Assembly (NCBI RefSeq): GCF_006345805.1
Contig: NC_043003.1
Location: forward strand, 49,476,001-49,540,000
Direction: 5' to 3'
Length of the DNA: 64,000 nucleotides
Source: Octopus sinensis
Lineage: Eukaryota
A program made the translations under genes and the position numbers. The notes beneath the pieces are model-generated. The model was given only the letters and a program-made list of their open reading frames with translations. It did no database searches and was not told the origin of the DNA. Positions 39,336-51,702 of this stretch are shown piece by piece; position 1 is the first letter of the stretch, and every line of letters begins with the position of its first letter.

Positions 39336-39943
39336 TGATAAGAAACTCCCATACCTTTTTAGCCTAATTTTTGACAAAAAAGAGGTCCCTTATACACTTT
39401 AAAATATGGTAAATCACATTGGATGAGGTAGTCTTAGATAACAAGAAACATGTTAGACAGAAGTGGACTGCTCCTGTTAAAGATATGCTGGGTGTAGATG
39501 AGGTCCAGGGTGCTTCTAGCTAAAAGCTCATCAAGGTACTTATTTTTATTATTTTTTTTTTGAATGAAAGGAAATATATTGTGGGAAAGATTGGGTTGAC
39601 ATTTGGTTAGAGAGTAGAGATTGCAAGGCTCTGAGGAGAATGGAGTGGGAGGTGAATAGTGAAGAGGCCAGAGGTGTGGTCTGTAGGAGCCATGCCAAAG
39701 CCAACACTGGAGCCCAATGTTGTCCTTGGATCCGTCAGATCCTATCAAACTATCCAGCCCATGCCAGTATGGAACATGAATGTTAAAGGATGATTAAGTT
39801 GATTAGCAGATGATGTTGAGTGGAGACAGCGGATAGCCGTCTAGGAGAATGATTCAGAGCTGATCACATGTTTCAACTTAACTGTACCATATTTACAAAA
39901 ACTATCCCATTTAAATCCTAAGCAATGCCAGGTATGTCTGCTA

Positions 39944-40364
39944 AAGAATAAAGGCGGCGAGCTGGCTGAAACGTTAGCACGCCGGACGAAATGCTTGGCG
40001 GTATTATGTCTGCCGTTACGTTGTGAGTTCAAATTCCGCCGAGGTCGACTTTGCCTTTCATCCTTTCGGGGTCGATAAATTAAGTACCAGTTACGCACTG
40101 GGGTCGATGTAATCGACTTAATACCTATGTCTGTCCTTGTTTGTCCCCTCTGTTTAGCCCCTTGTGGGTAATAAAGAAATAGGTATTTTGTCTGCCGTTA
40201 TGTTCTGAGTTCAAATTCCGCCGAGGTCGACTTTGCCTTTCATCTCTTCGGGGTCGATAAATTAAGTACCAGTTACGCACTGGGGTCGATGTAATCGACT
40301 TAATACCTATGTCTGTCCTTGTTTGTCCCCTCTGTGTTTAGCCCCTTGTGGGTAATAAAGAAAT
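39944..40364 (+). mobile_element. SINE family A with internal tandem duplication and 14-bp TSD
   Basis: AGGTATGTCTGCTA at 39930-39943 and 40365-40378; 3-prime ~190 bp of the SINE present twice. Confidence 0.85.
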
Positions 40365-40442
40365 AGGTATGTCTGCTAGTTACCTCTAAAACCAATGGCA
40401 CAACAGAAGTTAAGATGGTCAGAAACCAGTTGCACTTCAGGC

Positions 40443-40507
<65 letters not shown>

Positions 40508-41062
40508 GAGACAGACAAACAGACAGATGCTATAAACTTCTATCCAGTTTCTGAATTGTATGGAAGCAATGTATACAGTAATTTAACATCCAGGAATGTC
40601 CTGCTGGTAAAAAGAGTACAAGCTGAAGAAATTGCAGACATGCTTGATGTCTTTAACGTACTTTGGTAGAACAAAGGGGGGGGGGCAGGGGGATTGGAGG
40701 GGGGAAGAGGTAACAGGAAACTAGTTATATTCAGATTTGATGGCCAAAAATATTGCATTACGAAATTATCATTTACAAAATGCAGATAATGTAGACAACC
40801 TCAAAAAGCAGTGACCTGTGCTTGTACATAACAGCATTAAGATATTCAAATTTGTCTGACAACTAAAATAAAGTGTATTACACTAAGCTGTCTGCAGTAG
40901 TGGCTGCAGTAGTAGTAGTGGTGGTGATGGTGGTGGTAATAGTAGTAGTAGTTATAAATAAATAAAGAAGCACTATATATAATGGTGATTATATTATTTT
41001 GCATTTCCTAAACAATATGGCTTCAACCTTTTCTGATACACACACACACACACATATATATA

Positions 41063-41925
41063 TAGGGTGCGGTGAATATATTGTTGTCTAAATTATGCAA
41101 AAATGAAAATTATGCTGACATCTCATTTTAACATATATTTACCAAAATTACATAAAAATATCTTGAAATACTAAAGAATAAATGTATTCAGTAAAATCAC
41201 CATTGGCTTCGACCACAGCCCCTAGATGGCTATGGATTCTCTTGCAACTCTTCTTGACGGTCTCCTTGTTTAAGTTGGTGAATGCTGCCATAATCTTTGC
41301 TTTCAGTTCACCTTTGGTGTTACAAGGAGTTTTGTTGGTCTCTCGCTGGACTGTGCCCCACACATAATAATCAAGGGGGCTGCAGTCCAGGGAGTTAGGT
41401 GACCAGGTGTTAAGGGTGATGTGGTCGCAGAAATTGTATGACAGCCATGAATAGGTTCTTCTTCTCGTATGGCATGGTGCCGAGTCCTGTTGCCAGATGT
41501 AGCATCATTCAGTAGCCACTCTCTTGACTCAGGGCAGCACTACCTCCTCTGGGCACTTGATCTAGGCCTCAGTGCTGAAGGTGAGGCTGTGTGGGTAGAT
41601 GAATGGATGCATAATGTTGCCATCACTTGTGATCACTGCAAACATGTTTCGTTTGGATGTTTGATTTTTATCACTCTCGGTACATGCACTATTCTCAGAT
41701 TGACACCGAAACTCTCTGAAATGTTTGTATTGAAGCTTCCAGAGTGAATGCCAAGCAGTACAGCATGTTGTTTCCAAATTTCTAACAGAATGAATTGCTT
41801 CATGGTGCTGTTTTTCTCACAGATGGTACCCAAATGATCCTACGATACTGTGTAGTCGACAAAATCAAAAACAAACAATGTGTACTTGAGAAATTAAAAA
41901 ATGGGAACGCTTTACCCATCGCATC

Positions 41926-41928
<3 letters not shown>
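41063..41928 (-). mobile_element. Internally deleted Tc1/mariner element (same family type as 30990)
   Basis: TIR-like ends tagggtgcggtg / catcgcatcctg-TA; WGTVQRETNKTPCNTKGELKAKIMAAFTNLNKETV...AVVEANGDF. Confidence 0.85.
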
Positions 41929-41971
<43 letters not shown>

Positions 41972-41974
41972 ATA

Positions 41975-42385
41975 TCATCATCATCATCATCATTGTTTAG
42001 CATCTGCTTTCCATGCTAGCATGGGTTGGACGGTTCAACTGGGGTCTGGGAAGCCCGAAGGCTGCACCAGGCCCAGTCTGACCTGGCAATGTTTCTATGG
42101 CTGGATGCCCTTCCTAACGCCAACCACTCCATGAGTGTAGTGGGTGCTTTTTACGTGCCACCGGCACAGGTGCCAGACGAGGCTGGCAAACGGCCACGAT
42201 CGGCTGGTGCTTTTTATGTGCCACCGACACGGGGGCCAAGCGAGGCTGGCAATGGCCGTGAACGGATGTCGCTTTTTACGTGTCACCGGCATGAGGACAG
42301 TCGGGGCAGCGCTGGCAACGACCACATTTGGATGGTTCTCTTACGTGCCACCGGCACTGGTATCACAGCTGCAATTTCCATTGAG
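41975..42385 (-). mobile_element. RTE 3-prime UTR repeat (family C) with several internal gtggcacgtaaaaagcacc units
   Basis: Five ttttacgtgccacc-like units on the plus strand. Confidence 0.8.
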
Positions 42386-42794
42386 GTTAGTACAGTTAGA
42401 GGTTGGAATAACCATCTAAGGGATGAAAATATCCATTTTACTATCGGCATATTAAGGAGAGCATATCCACTGGGAGCTTTTTGGTGTGTTCAAAAATCAC
42501 ACACACCATCATGACAAGGTTAAGGCCTGGAATCTTCCAAACAGACACATGACATGTCACTTAGTCGAATTAGCCCTTCATTTACTCCACAAATGTTTTT
42601 TTTGTCAATGCTGCACTTCTCTGTTTCACATGTTTCAACTTAACTGTACCATATATACAAAATCTATCCCATTTAAAACCTAAGCAACGACAGGTATGTC
42701 TGCTAGTCACCTCTAAAGCCAATGGCACAACAAAAGTTAAGATGGTCAGAAACCAGTTGCACTTCAGGCAGAGAGGGAGAGAGAGACCGAGAGA

Positions 42795-42872
<78 letters not shown>

Positions 42873-43158
42873 CAGAGACAGAGACAGACAGAGAGACTGA
42901 AAGACAGACAGACAGATACCATAAGCTTCTATCCAGTTTCTGAATTGTTGAATTTACTCATAAGCTATTGGTTAGCTTAAGCTATGATAGAAGCCTTGTC
43001 TAAAGGCAAGTGACATAAAGTAAGATGGAACTAAAGACAATCTGCTAATAAAAGTCATGACGGCACCTATTTATGCCTCTGGCTATGGTCCATACTTATA
43101 TTACTTTGTGTGTGTGTTTGTGTGTGTGTTTGTGTGGGTGTGTGAGTATGTGTGTATA

Positions 43159-43252
<94 letters not shown>

Positions 43253-43505
43253 ATGTATGTATATATATATGTATGTGTGTGTGTATGTGTATATGTATGT
43301 ATGCTTGTATGTATGTAAGTATATATGTAAATATGCATGTACTTATAGGTAGAAATGTATACATATATGTGTGTGTATGTATATATACATATATATATAT
43401 ATACACAAGTAGATTTGTATACATACTTATATACAAAATCTGTCACATATATATGTAAATATGTGTGTGTATATATAGGTAGATATGTATACATATATAT
43501 GTAAG

Positions 43506-43536
<31 letters not shown>

Positions 43537-43557
43537 AAGCATATATATATATATAGA

Positions 43558-43604
<47 letters not shown>

Positions 43605-43925
43605 ATATATATATATATATATATAATATATATAATATATATATATATATTCATTCATCCATATTTACATTCTATTAAAGTAATAAGTTCTATATAATCT
43701 AATAACCATCTGTAATTATCTGTCTCTCTTGATTGAGAAAGTTCCATTAATTAAATAATAGCTAACAAAGAAAATGAAGCAATTAAGAACATAATCATAA
43801 CAAAAAAAAATAAGTTAAAAAACAGAAAAGAAAAGTAGAAGAGATATATAAACTCTTTACTAAATCACAAGAAATGGTATAGCTTTGCAACTCGAAGGTT
43901 TCAATCAGTTCTTGAAGGTTTCAAT

Positions 43926-44180
43926 CAGTAGTTTTCAACTAGGGTCCATAAGACCCTTGTGGGGTTCATAGAAGTTGTTGTTAAAATTTATCTGCAATAA
44001 ATTGTTTATACTTCTACAATACACAAAATATTTTAGCAATATTTTAATAGAATTCCAATTAATATCTAATTATAAAAACAAAACAAGATTTTTTGTATAT
44101 ACAATGAATGGCTATGGGGATCCAGCAGACTACAATTGGAATCAAAGGGTTCACAGACAAAAAATGGTTGGGGATCACTG
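43926..44180. mobile_element. hAT-type MITE
   Basis: Ends cagtagttttcaact / ggttggggatcactg; flanks gtttcaat / ctttcagt resemble a decayed 8-bp TSD. Confidence 0.6.
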
Positions 44181-45019
44181 CTTTCAGTGATGGTTGAGAG
44201 ACACCCAGCCCTAGTCCATTGTCTACTCACATTCTTGTTTCTTGAAATGCTCTGGTGTCTAGTCACCACTATCTCTATCTTTTTCCCAGCTACTCTCACA
44301 CAACCCAATATAATATGGGGTATCTCTGTAAGACATCTGTGCTAGTCCCTCTGTCATACTTTAGCCTCTCAGCAGTTGATATGAAAATATTGCCTCTCAT
44401 CTCCCTCTCAAATGCTCTCCTAAACTTAGTTGAGGGGGGATTTTATTATTTTCCTTTTTCCCTCTTCTTTTCTTGTCATGCAAGTTACTTGGCAATGGCA
44501 ACCTTACTAGTGCCAGTAGATGAAAAGGAACCCAGTACACTCTCTATAAAGTGGCTGGCATTAAGGAGGGCATTTAGCTGTAGAAACTATGCCAAAGCTG
44601 ACAGTGGAGCATGACATAATCCTGGGACTTTCTGGACTCAGTCAAACTGTCTAACTGCTGTTGCTGTTGTGCGAACAGTCTTCGTCCCAGAACTCGCAAG
44701 ATGGGAGAAGTCTGAAACGTGGTCTTTTGCTATTCGTAAGACCCGCAGAAGAGAAAGCAGGTCAAACCCCAACACCGAGAGCATCGACGGATGGATGAAT
44801 GTGCATCCAGGCTCAGTGGTTGCATAGGAAGTCGGGGGCTGTTGCTGCTGTCTAGAATGGTGAGTTGTTCTTTGTCTTCAGGTGCATACTTACAGTCAGA
44901 TTTGAGCCATCATGTGTTCTTTATCATTGAAGCAAGATAGTATCAAGTACAAGATATGAAACATTGACATCTCTCTCTCTCTCTCTGGTTGTCTGCTATC
45001 TGATCTGCTTGACTAATCG

Positions 45020-45430
45020 ACTCTTAAAATTCTTTCTTTAAGTTGCCACAACCAAGATATGCTTTACCATACTCTGCCAATGATCACTGTTAGCTTTGGT
45101 AGTTCCTCGATTTCTGGAGTGTCTCTACCATTAACATCTATGTAGACTAGATTTTGTCCTTGTGTTTTTTGTCCTAGTGGTTCTTGCCCTCTCTTAAGGT
45201 GTGGAAGTCTCCAAGATATTACATCTATTATGGCTTAGTGGTCAGCATGACTGCAGTGGTCAGCAAAGCCTACCATACATTGAGCAACAATAGTAAAGAT
45301 AAGTGGACTCTTTCTGCAAATCTCTGTGGTCTTATGCTCATACTAGGAGATGTTTTGGACTCTTATGTGATGTCTGATGTGCATACTATAAAGGCAATGT
45401 TGGTGGAGCATATACCAGAATACTTCTTCA
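45020..45430 (-). mobile_element. Decayed RTE-type LINE C-terminal region
   Basis: IRVQNIS*YEH...FTIVAQCMVGFADHC...DVISWRLPHLKRGQEP...YID motif order. Confidence 0.65.
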
Positions 45431-46214
45431 AATTAGTAAAGAATAAAATCTATAAATAAGGACAATATTCTTTGTTTGTCACTCAATTAGGAAGTTAAAA
45501 GAAAAACAATGTATTTAGTGTATTTTCTTCTGCTAAGAATGGGTTTGATGAGGTTTTCAAATATGTTCTTTTATTAACCCATGGTCCTTTTTTTAGGGCC
45601 AGAAGGATAATCCATCATATTTCTGCAATGCCTGTTTTTTTTTTTCTGAGATATCTTTAGTTAATAATCAAGACTGGAGTGTCTTTCAAATATTGTAATA
45701 AAGATTTTCCTATATATTTAGCATCAAGTTCATCATCATCATCATCATCATCATCGTTTAGCATCCGTTTTCCATGCTAGCATGGGTTGGACGGTTCAAC
45801 TGGGGGTCTGTGAAGCCGGAAGGCTTCATCAGACCCAGTCAGATCTGGCAGTATTTCTACGGCTGGATGCCCTTCCTAATGCCAGGATGCCCTTCCTAAC
45901 ACCACATACAAGTTGTATATAAAAAAAGATCTTTGGTAATAAATTAAAAAAAAAAAAATTCGGCACTAATGGGTTAATATCATTCATTGGACAATAGCTA
46001 TTCTGGGGTTCCATATTTTAAGGTTATGTCAGTTATGTTGCACAGACAATTCTTTACTGATGCTTGTTTTATTGATCTCAGGGGAATGAAAGGCAAAGGT
46101 GACCCAGACAAAGGTTGAACTCAGAACATAAAGGTGTAGCCAAATATGACAATGCATTTTGTTTGACACTCTACTGATTCTCCCATCCATTGAATATCTT
46201 TTATCTTTGATCTT

Positions 46215-46600
46215 TAACATGTTTCAATCATTAGACTGTGGCCATGCTGTGACATCGCCCTGAAGAACTTTTAGTTGAATGAAATCGACCCCAGTACATA
46301 TTTTGTAAAAGCCTGGTACTTATTCTATCGGTCTCTTTTTCTGAACTGCTAAGTTACAGGGGTGTAGACACATCAACACAGATTGTCAAGGTGAGGCGGT
46401 GGACAACAAAGACACACACACATACACATTGATCTATACAATAGGCTTCTTTCAGTTTCCATCTACCAAATCCACTCACAAGGCTTTGGCTGGCTTGGAG
46501 CGATAAAAGACGACACTTGCTCAAGATGCCATGCAGTGGGACTGAACCTGGAACCATGTGGTGGAGAAGCAAACTTCTTACCACACAGCCATGCCGGTAC
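46215..46600 (-). mobile_element. SINE family B
   Basis: Similarity to other B copies. Confidence 0.8.
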
Positions 46601-46625
46601 CTGTATATATTCATATATGTTTATA

Positions 46626-47026
46626 CTAGCAGTATCGCCCAGCGTTGCTTGAGTTTGTAAGGGAAATAACTATATAAGCATTTTTAGAGAGTTATAGCCA
46701 AAAAATAGCAAAAAAAATGCATTAAAAATGGAAAAAAAATGATGGTAAATTTTTTTTTAAATCGTTGACATATCGTAGACATTTTTAGAGAGATACTTCC
46801 CTTATATAATAGCGAAAAAAATACATTAAAATGGAAAAAAAATAATGGTAAATTATTTTTAAAATCGTAGACTCATTGTAGACGCGCGCTAATACCCAGA
46901 AGGGCTCGATATGAATCACGACTATAAGATACCCGCTTTTGGTTACACTGCACCGCAAAATGTGGGAGTAGTTAGGAATCTAAATCGTAGGAGACAGACA
47001 CACAACTTGACTTTTATATATAAAGA
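46626..47026 (-). mobile_element. Non-autonomous Helitron with intact termini
   Basis: Minus strand starts TCTTTATATATAAAAG and ends with a GC-rich subterminal hairpin remnant (ctcaagcaacgctgggcg) then CTAG; inserted between A and T, no TSD; internal direct repeat. Confidence 0.8.
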
Positions 47027-47618
47027 TATTAGTTATATAATTTGTAAAGTTGATGTTTTATAACTATTTCAGTTGCTATTTTTTCTCAAATCTTTTCTTT
47101 TGTTTGTGTGCTTCAGGAGCTCACTTCATTGATTTGAGGTCAATACAGTGGGTATTGGTGGAGGGATAGATTAGCTGTTGGACTGGATAAAATATTCGAC
47201 AATGCAATTAATTCACATAACAGATCACCTGCATAGATTACCTATTATAAACTGGCGTCCTGTCTATAAGAAGCTTGGTCTCTTGTCTCCTTAATGTCAG
47301 GACACTATAACTAATCATTAACCTTAAACACTCATTAAAGTTTAAGAGAGTTTTCAGATTTGATGCATTATCATATCATCATCATCATCATCATCATCAT
47401 TATTATTATGATGGCAGTGAGCTGGTAGAATTGTTATCATGTAGGACAAAATGGTTTGTAGCATTCTGGTAGTTGGTATTCTCAAGGGTGCTGGCCAAGG
47501 AAACTGCCTGGATTTCTAAATCTCCTGTAATCTGATCTATAGTGTTGATGTTCTAAACTACCATGTAGTGTTCTAAAAATTAGTCTGCTAGTTAACTAAT
47601 TTTGTTAGCCCATTTATA

Positions 47619-48168
47619 TTGGGTTGTCCGGAAAGTTTGTGCCGATTTATAGTAGCTTACCTTTCGACTTATTTTAGAACATGGTTGAGTCCATAAAATA
47701 AGATTTGACTACACCTCCATTTAGAGCACAGTTTAAGCTATCTTTTCATGGAAGAAGGTTTATGTTCCTATAACCTGTGTTAATTCTGTAACCCTTTAAA
47801 ATGGAAGATAAGAAAGTTCATTCTTGGCACTTGATGCTTTGGGAACCAGACAAAATTGCTGCAGTTCGGCTGGGATGTGTTACCCCACCCTCCATATTCA
47901 CCAGATATTGCTCCTTTGGATTTCCACTTGTTCAGGTCTCTGCAGAATAGTCTTAATGGTAAAAATTTCAATTCCTTAGATGACATAAAAAGATACCTTG
48001 ATGAAGTCTTTGCCATGAAACCACCTCAGTTCTGGGATGAGGATATTTTTGAGTTAAAGGAAAGATGGAGACGCATTGTGCAACAAATTGGTTCATATTT
48101 GGTTGATTAAAAATGTAATGGCAAATATTTATTGACCTTTTCCTTTCCTTTAAAAATCGGCACAAACT
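47619..48168 (+). mobile_element. Internally deleted mariner element
   Basis: Left TIR TA-ttgggttgtccggaaagtttgtgccgattt, right TIR aaatcggcacaaact (truncated); MEDKKVH start fused to LLQFGWDVLPHPPYSPDIAPLDFHLFRSLQNSL...ERWRRIVQQIGSYLVD. Confidence 0.9.
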
Positions 48169-48395
48169 AAAGAAAAACTAAGCTAAGAGCATTAGATTCC
48201 TTGGAAGAAAGCAGCGAATGTATACAAAAACAAGGACGTAAAAAAAATGGACAAGGTTACACAAATACAATAAAAATATAATAACAGGACTTAACAACAA
48301 GTGTCTTTCGACTAAGGACGAATTAAATTAAGCTGGCATGTGGAAATGAAGCCTTATAGCAGGGATACAAGAATTCACAAACACAGGGAGGATAT
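48169..48395 (-). mobile_element. Penelope-like terminal fragment abutting the truncated mariner TIR
   Basis: Composition and (TA)n flank like the other Penelope-like fragments; family assignment by pattern recognition only. Confidence 0.35.
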
Positions 48396-49229
48396 ATATA
48401 TATATATATATATATATGGTGAAAAAAATCAAAATAAGCAACAAGATATCCAGAGGTGATGCAGTATGACTGTTTCAAGTGGCTCCGTTTAATTGAACAA
48501 TGCAATCATTACATCAATTTAAATTTGATTTTTTTTACCTTATTTTCGGATAATACCACACTAATTTTGGGTGCTTCGACTTGAGTATCTAATTCAACTG
48601 AATCTCAATTATTTTGCTTGTATGTATTTATGTGTGTGTATCTTTGTGTCTGTGTTTGTACCACCGCAGTCACTTGACAACCGATGTTGGTGAGTTTTCA
48701 TTTCTGTAGCTTAACAGTTCAGCAAAAGAGATCAATAGAATAAGTACTAGGCTTACAAAGAATAAATCCTGGGATCAATGTCTTCGACTAAAAGAACCTT
48801 TAAGTCAGTGCTCCAGCATGGCCTCAGTCAAACGACTGAAACAAGTAAAAGAATAAAAGCATATATATCTTGAACATATAGAGTAACTTGTTAATATAAA
48901 TTGATTGCAATATTATCTTAAAAAGTCAAAAAAGTTTTCCTACTGTGCCTAATGCCAATTCAAATATTGATAACTTTTGCATTAACAGTTTTTATTTCAA
49001 AGAACATATTCTAAGTCTGCTCACAATATCTTGTGGCTAAAAGAATGAAGAAAAGAAAAGAAATATAATATAATAAAATAAATGACAAATTATAGTATTT
49101 TAAAGAATATCAGGACCACCTCATCTTCGACTGTTACTAATTTGTTCAACCACAGTTAATTTGTCACTGGTTGTGGACGACTGCTTATTTAATTATCTAA
49201 AGTTATTTCTAATATTCCTCACTACTTAC

Positions 49230-49320
49230 AACAACAAATTCTGCAAGAGTTCCACATCCAATTCTGTTATGTATTCTACAACAAGTAAAGCCAATATCCT
49301 CCTTCGAAAATACTGCCCAC
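49230..49320 (-). CDS. Candidate coding exon C (GQYFRRRILALLVVEYITELDVELLQNLL)
   Basis: Acceptor cgtcatcgtcttttcaag|, donor TT|GTAAGT, 91 nt, phase 1 to phase 2, amphipathic-helix-like translation. Confidence 0.55.
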
Positions 49321-50179
49321 CTTGAAAAGACGATGACGTTCTTGGTGAGGTTTGTGTCTTATTGCATAAAGAATTTAATTAAAACCAAATTCTCTTTCAT
49401 GATAAATGATCTTGGGAGAAACTGATACACCATTATTGCGGTGAGTGGGTGGAAAATGGAGGGTATGTAACAGCAGGAGATTTTTTTTTATGGTATAGAT
49501 TGTTAAAAAAAAAAATGTTTATGTGTTGTGAAAATTCTTTGTAAGACATTTGGCTGGATATTTTCATGTCAATGCAACATTTGAAGTTAGACTGCTGCTG
49601 TCACGACTTTATTACACATTCTCTTTGATTTCAGTGATTACTTCAAGATAATCAAAATATTATTTTCTTCTTTTATGGTAATGCAATAAGGCATCGGGAC
49701 ATAATGGATTCTTTAGAATAGGCATAAGACCAATTTCGCCGAGAAAGAAAAGCGTGTAGTTGAATAATCAACACTTGAATTACTGTATTAAATTTAAATC
49801 TGCATTGAGCCTACAGGATAATTCAGTCTCAATTGATAAAAATAAACACTGCTAATAAAGGCATGTAGTACAGTGATTAGGCTGTTGGATTCACTATTTT
49901 AATGTCAGAGGTTCAGTTCCCAGACTGGGTAGTTTTTAAGTAAGGCAGTTTATTTCATATTTCTCCTGTACACTCTGGTGCAAGCATGAGTGTGTGATTA
50001 AAAAGTTCACTTTCTAATCATGTGTTTTTGGGTTCATTTCTACTTTGCGGCACCTTGGGCAAGTGTCTTTTTCTATAATCCTAGATTGGAAAAAAACTTT
50101 GTGAGTTGCGTTGAGAGGTTGAAACTGAAAGACACCTATTGGATATATATGTATGTATGCACACATACATATGAATACA

Positions 50180-50225
<46 letters not shown>

Positions 50226-50298
50226 AAGATATATGTGTGTGTGTATATGTATATGAATATCTCTCTTCCTATCCATCCATCCATCCATCCATCCATCC

Positions 50299-50332
<34 letters not shown>

Positions 50333-50349
50333 ATATATATATATATTTC

Positions 50350-50580
50350 TTTGCTACCCACAAGGGGCTAAATATAGAGGGGACAAACAAGGACAGACAA
50401 AGGGATTAAGTCGATTACATCGACCCCAGTGCATAACTGGTACTTAATTTATCGACCCCGAAAGGATGAAAGGCAAAGTCGACCTTGGTGGAATTTGAAC
50501 CCAGAACACTTAATGGCAGACGAAATACGGCTATGCATTTCGCCCGGCATGCTAACGTTTCTGCCAGCTCGCCGCCGCTA
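50350..50580 (-). mobile_element. SINE family A
   Basis: Near-consensus reverse copy. Confidence 0.85.
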
Positions 50581-50763
50581 TCTATCTATATATATACACA
50601 GGCATACATGTATATACATGCACACATGCACACAAAAAATATGCACACACACACACACGTGCACACACATGCAAACACACACACCAAATGAACAAAGACA
50701 ATATTAAAACTACATAAAAAAAATTCTAACAAACTAAAAAACAAAACAAAACAAAGCAAAACT

Positions 50764-50799
<36 letters not shown>

Positions 50800-50981
50800 G
50801 TATATATATATATATAATTTAAATGATAAAAGGGACTTCTAAATTGTTCCATATATCATGTTGTCTATGCCTTTCCATTTGATATGGAGTCTTTATCTCT
50901 CGTCATCATCATTTCACAAGAACTGTAGTCCTCCTCTTCTTCCTATTACCATTACAGTTTTTATAGTCACAAGTACATAAC

Positions 50982-51255
50982 CCATTGTCTTATATTTAGA
51001 ATATGTAATATTTCGCTTCCTTGACATATAGGCATATACGCATGAAAGAATTAATAAAAGAAGGTGAAACAATTTTGAAGAAGAGGAAACATTTAATAGA
51101 TCAAAATACATATTAGTTTTTGAACTCATTTTGCTTCCATAAAACACATTGCCATTTTCTGCTGTATTGTCTCTCTTAAAGAGTGAATTTAGTTCATGAA
51201 GCAATTGAAAGATATAAAAATGACTGGAAGGAAATAATAATTCACCATCTTTTTT
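50982..51255 (-). CDS. Candidate coding exon B (KKDGELLFPSSHFYIFQLLHELNSLF...SKLFHLLLLILSCVYAYMSRKRNITYSKYKTM); possibly FANCA-like C-terminal region
   Basis: Acceptor ttcctccattcaatcatttcag| at 51256; more than 90 open codons in AT-rich non-repetitive DNA (same frame as ORF 50914..51204). The donor TGG|GTTATGT is weak and was chosen for phase; alternative donors exist near 50950. Confidence 0.6.
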
Positions 51256-51660
51256 CTGAAATGATTGAATGGAGGAAACTGAGGTGGACAGAGCTTGTAG
51301 GTTATGTAGGTTATTTGTGTACTGGATGAGAGCTTGAGGTAGAAACGTAGATGGATGGATGGATAGATAGATAGATAGAAGATATATATATATATATATA
51401 TATAATGTATGTTATATATATACATATGTATATATATATATTTATATATATATATGTATATATATATTATATATATCTATATAATATCTATATATATATA
51501 TATATATATATGTAATGTATATATATGTATATATATATAATATATATATATATATAAGCAATTAGGGACAACAACTTAATAGGAAAACTTAACAAGAAAT
51601 TGTCAGGTATGTAAATGCCCTCTATATATAAATTAATCATATATATATATAATAGTATAT

Positions 51661-51699
<39 letters not shown>

Positions 51700-51702
<3 letters not shown>

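Larger units (their letters stand above)
38699..39409. mobile_element. Tc2/pogo-like MITE carrying two nested insertions
   Basis: TIRs ccgtattttaacatgtataag / cttatacactttaaaatatgg with TA on both sides. Confidence 0.7.

Noticed and set aside
40386-40436. 51-nt duplicated minus-strand exon candidate (second copy near 42710-42760) suggesting mutually exclusive exons
   Set aside because: It lies in a phase-2 intron of the model, where it reads into a TGA; the two synonymous differences in another frame are too few to be significant
41975-42385. CRISPR-like repeat/spacer pattern
   Set aside because: Eukaryotic context, repeats and spacers both degenerate and related, part of an RTE 3-prime UTR, no cas genes
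45184-45459. 91-aa plus-strand ORF after a good acceptor
   Set aside because: It is the antisense frame of a decayed RTE-type LINE C-terminus on the minus strand
47095-47170. Plus-strand acceptor (ttttgtttgtgtgcttcag) with a short open frame
   Set aside because: No phase-compatible partner exons found on the plus strand
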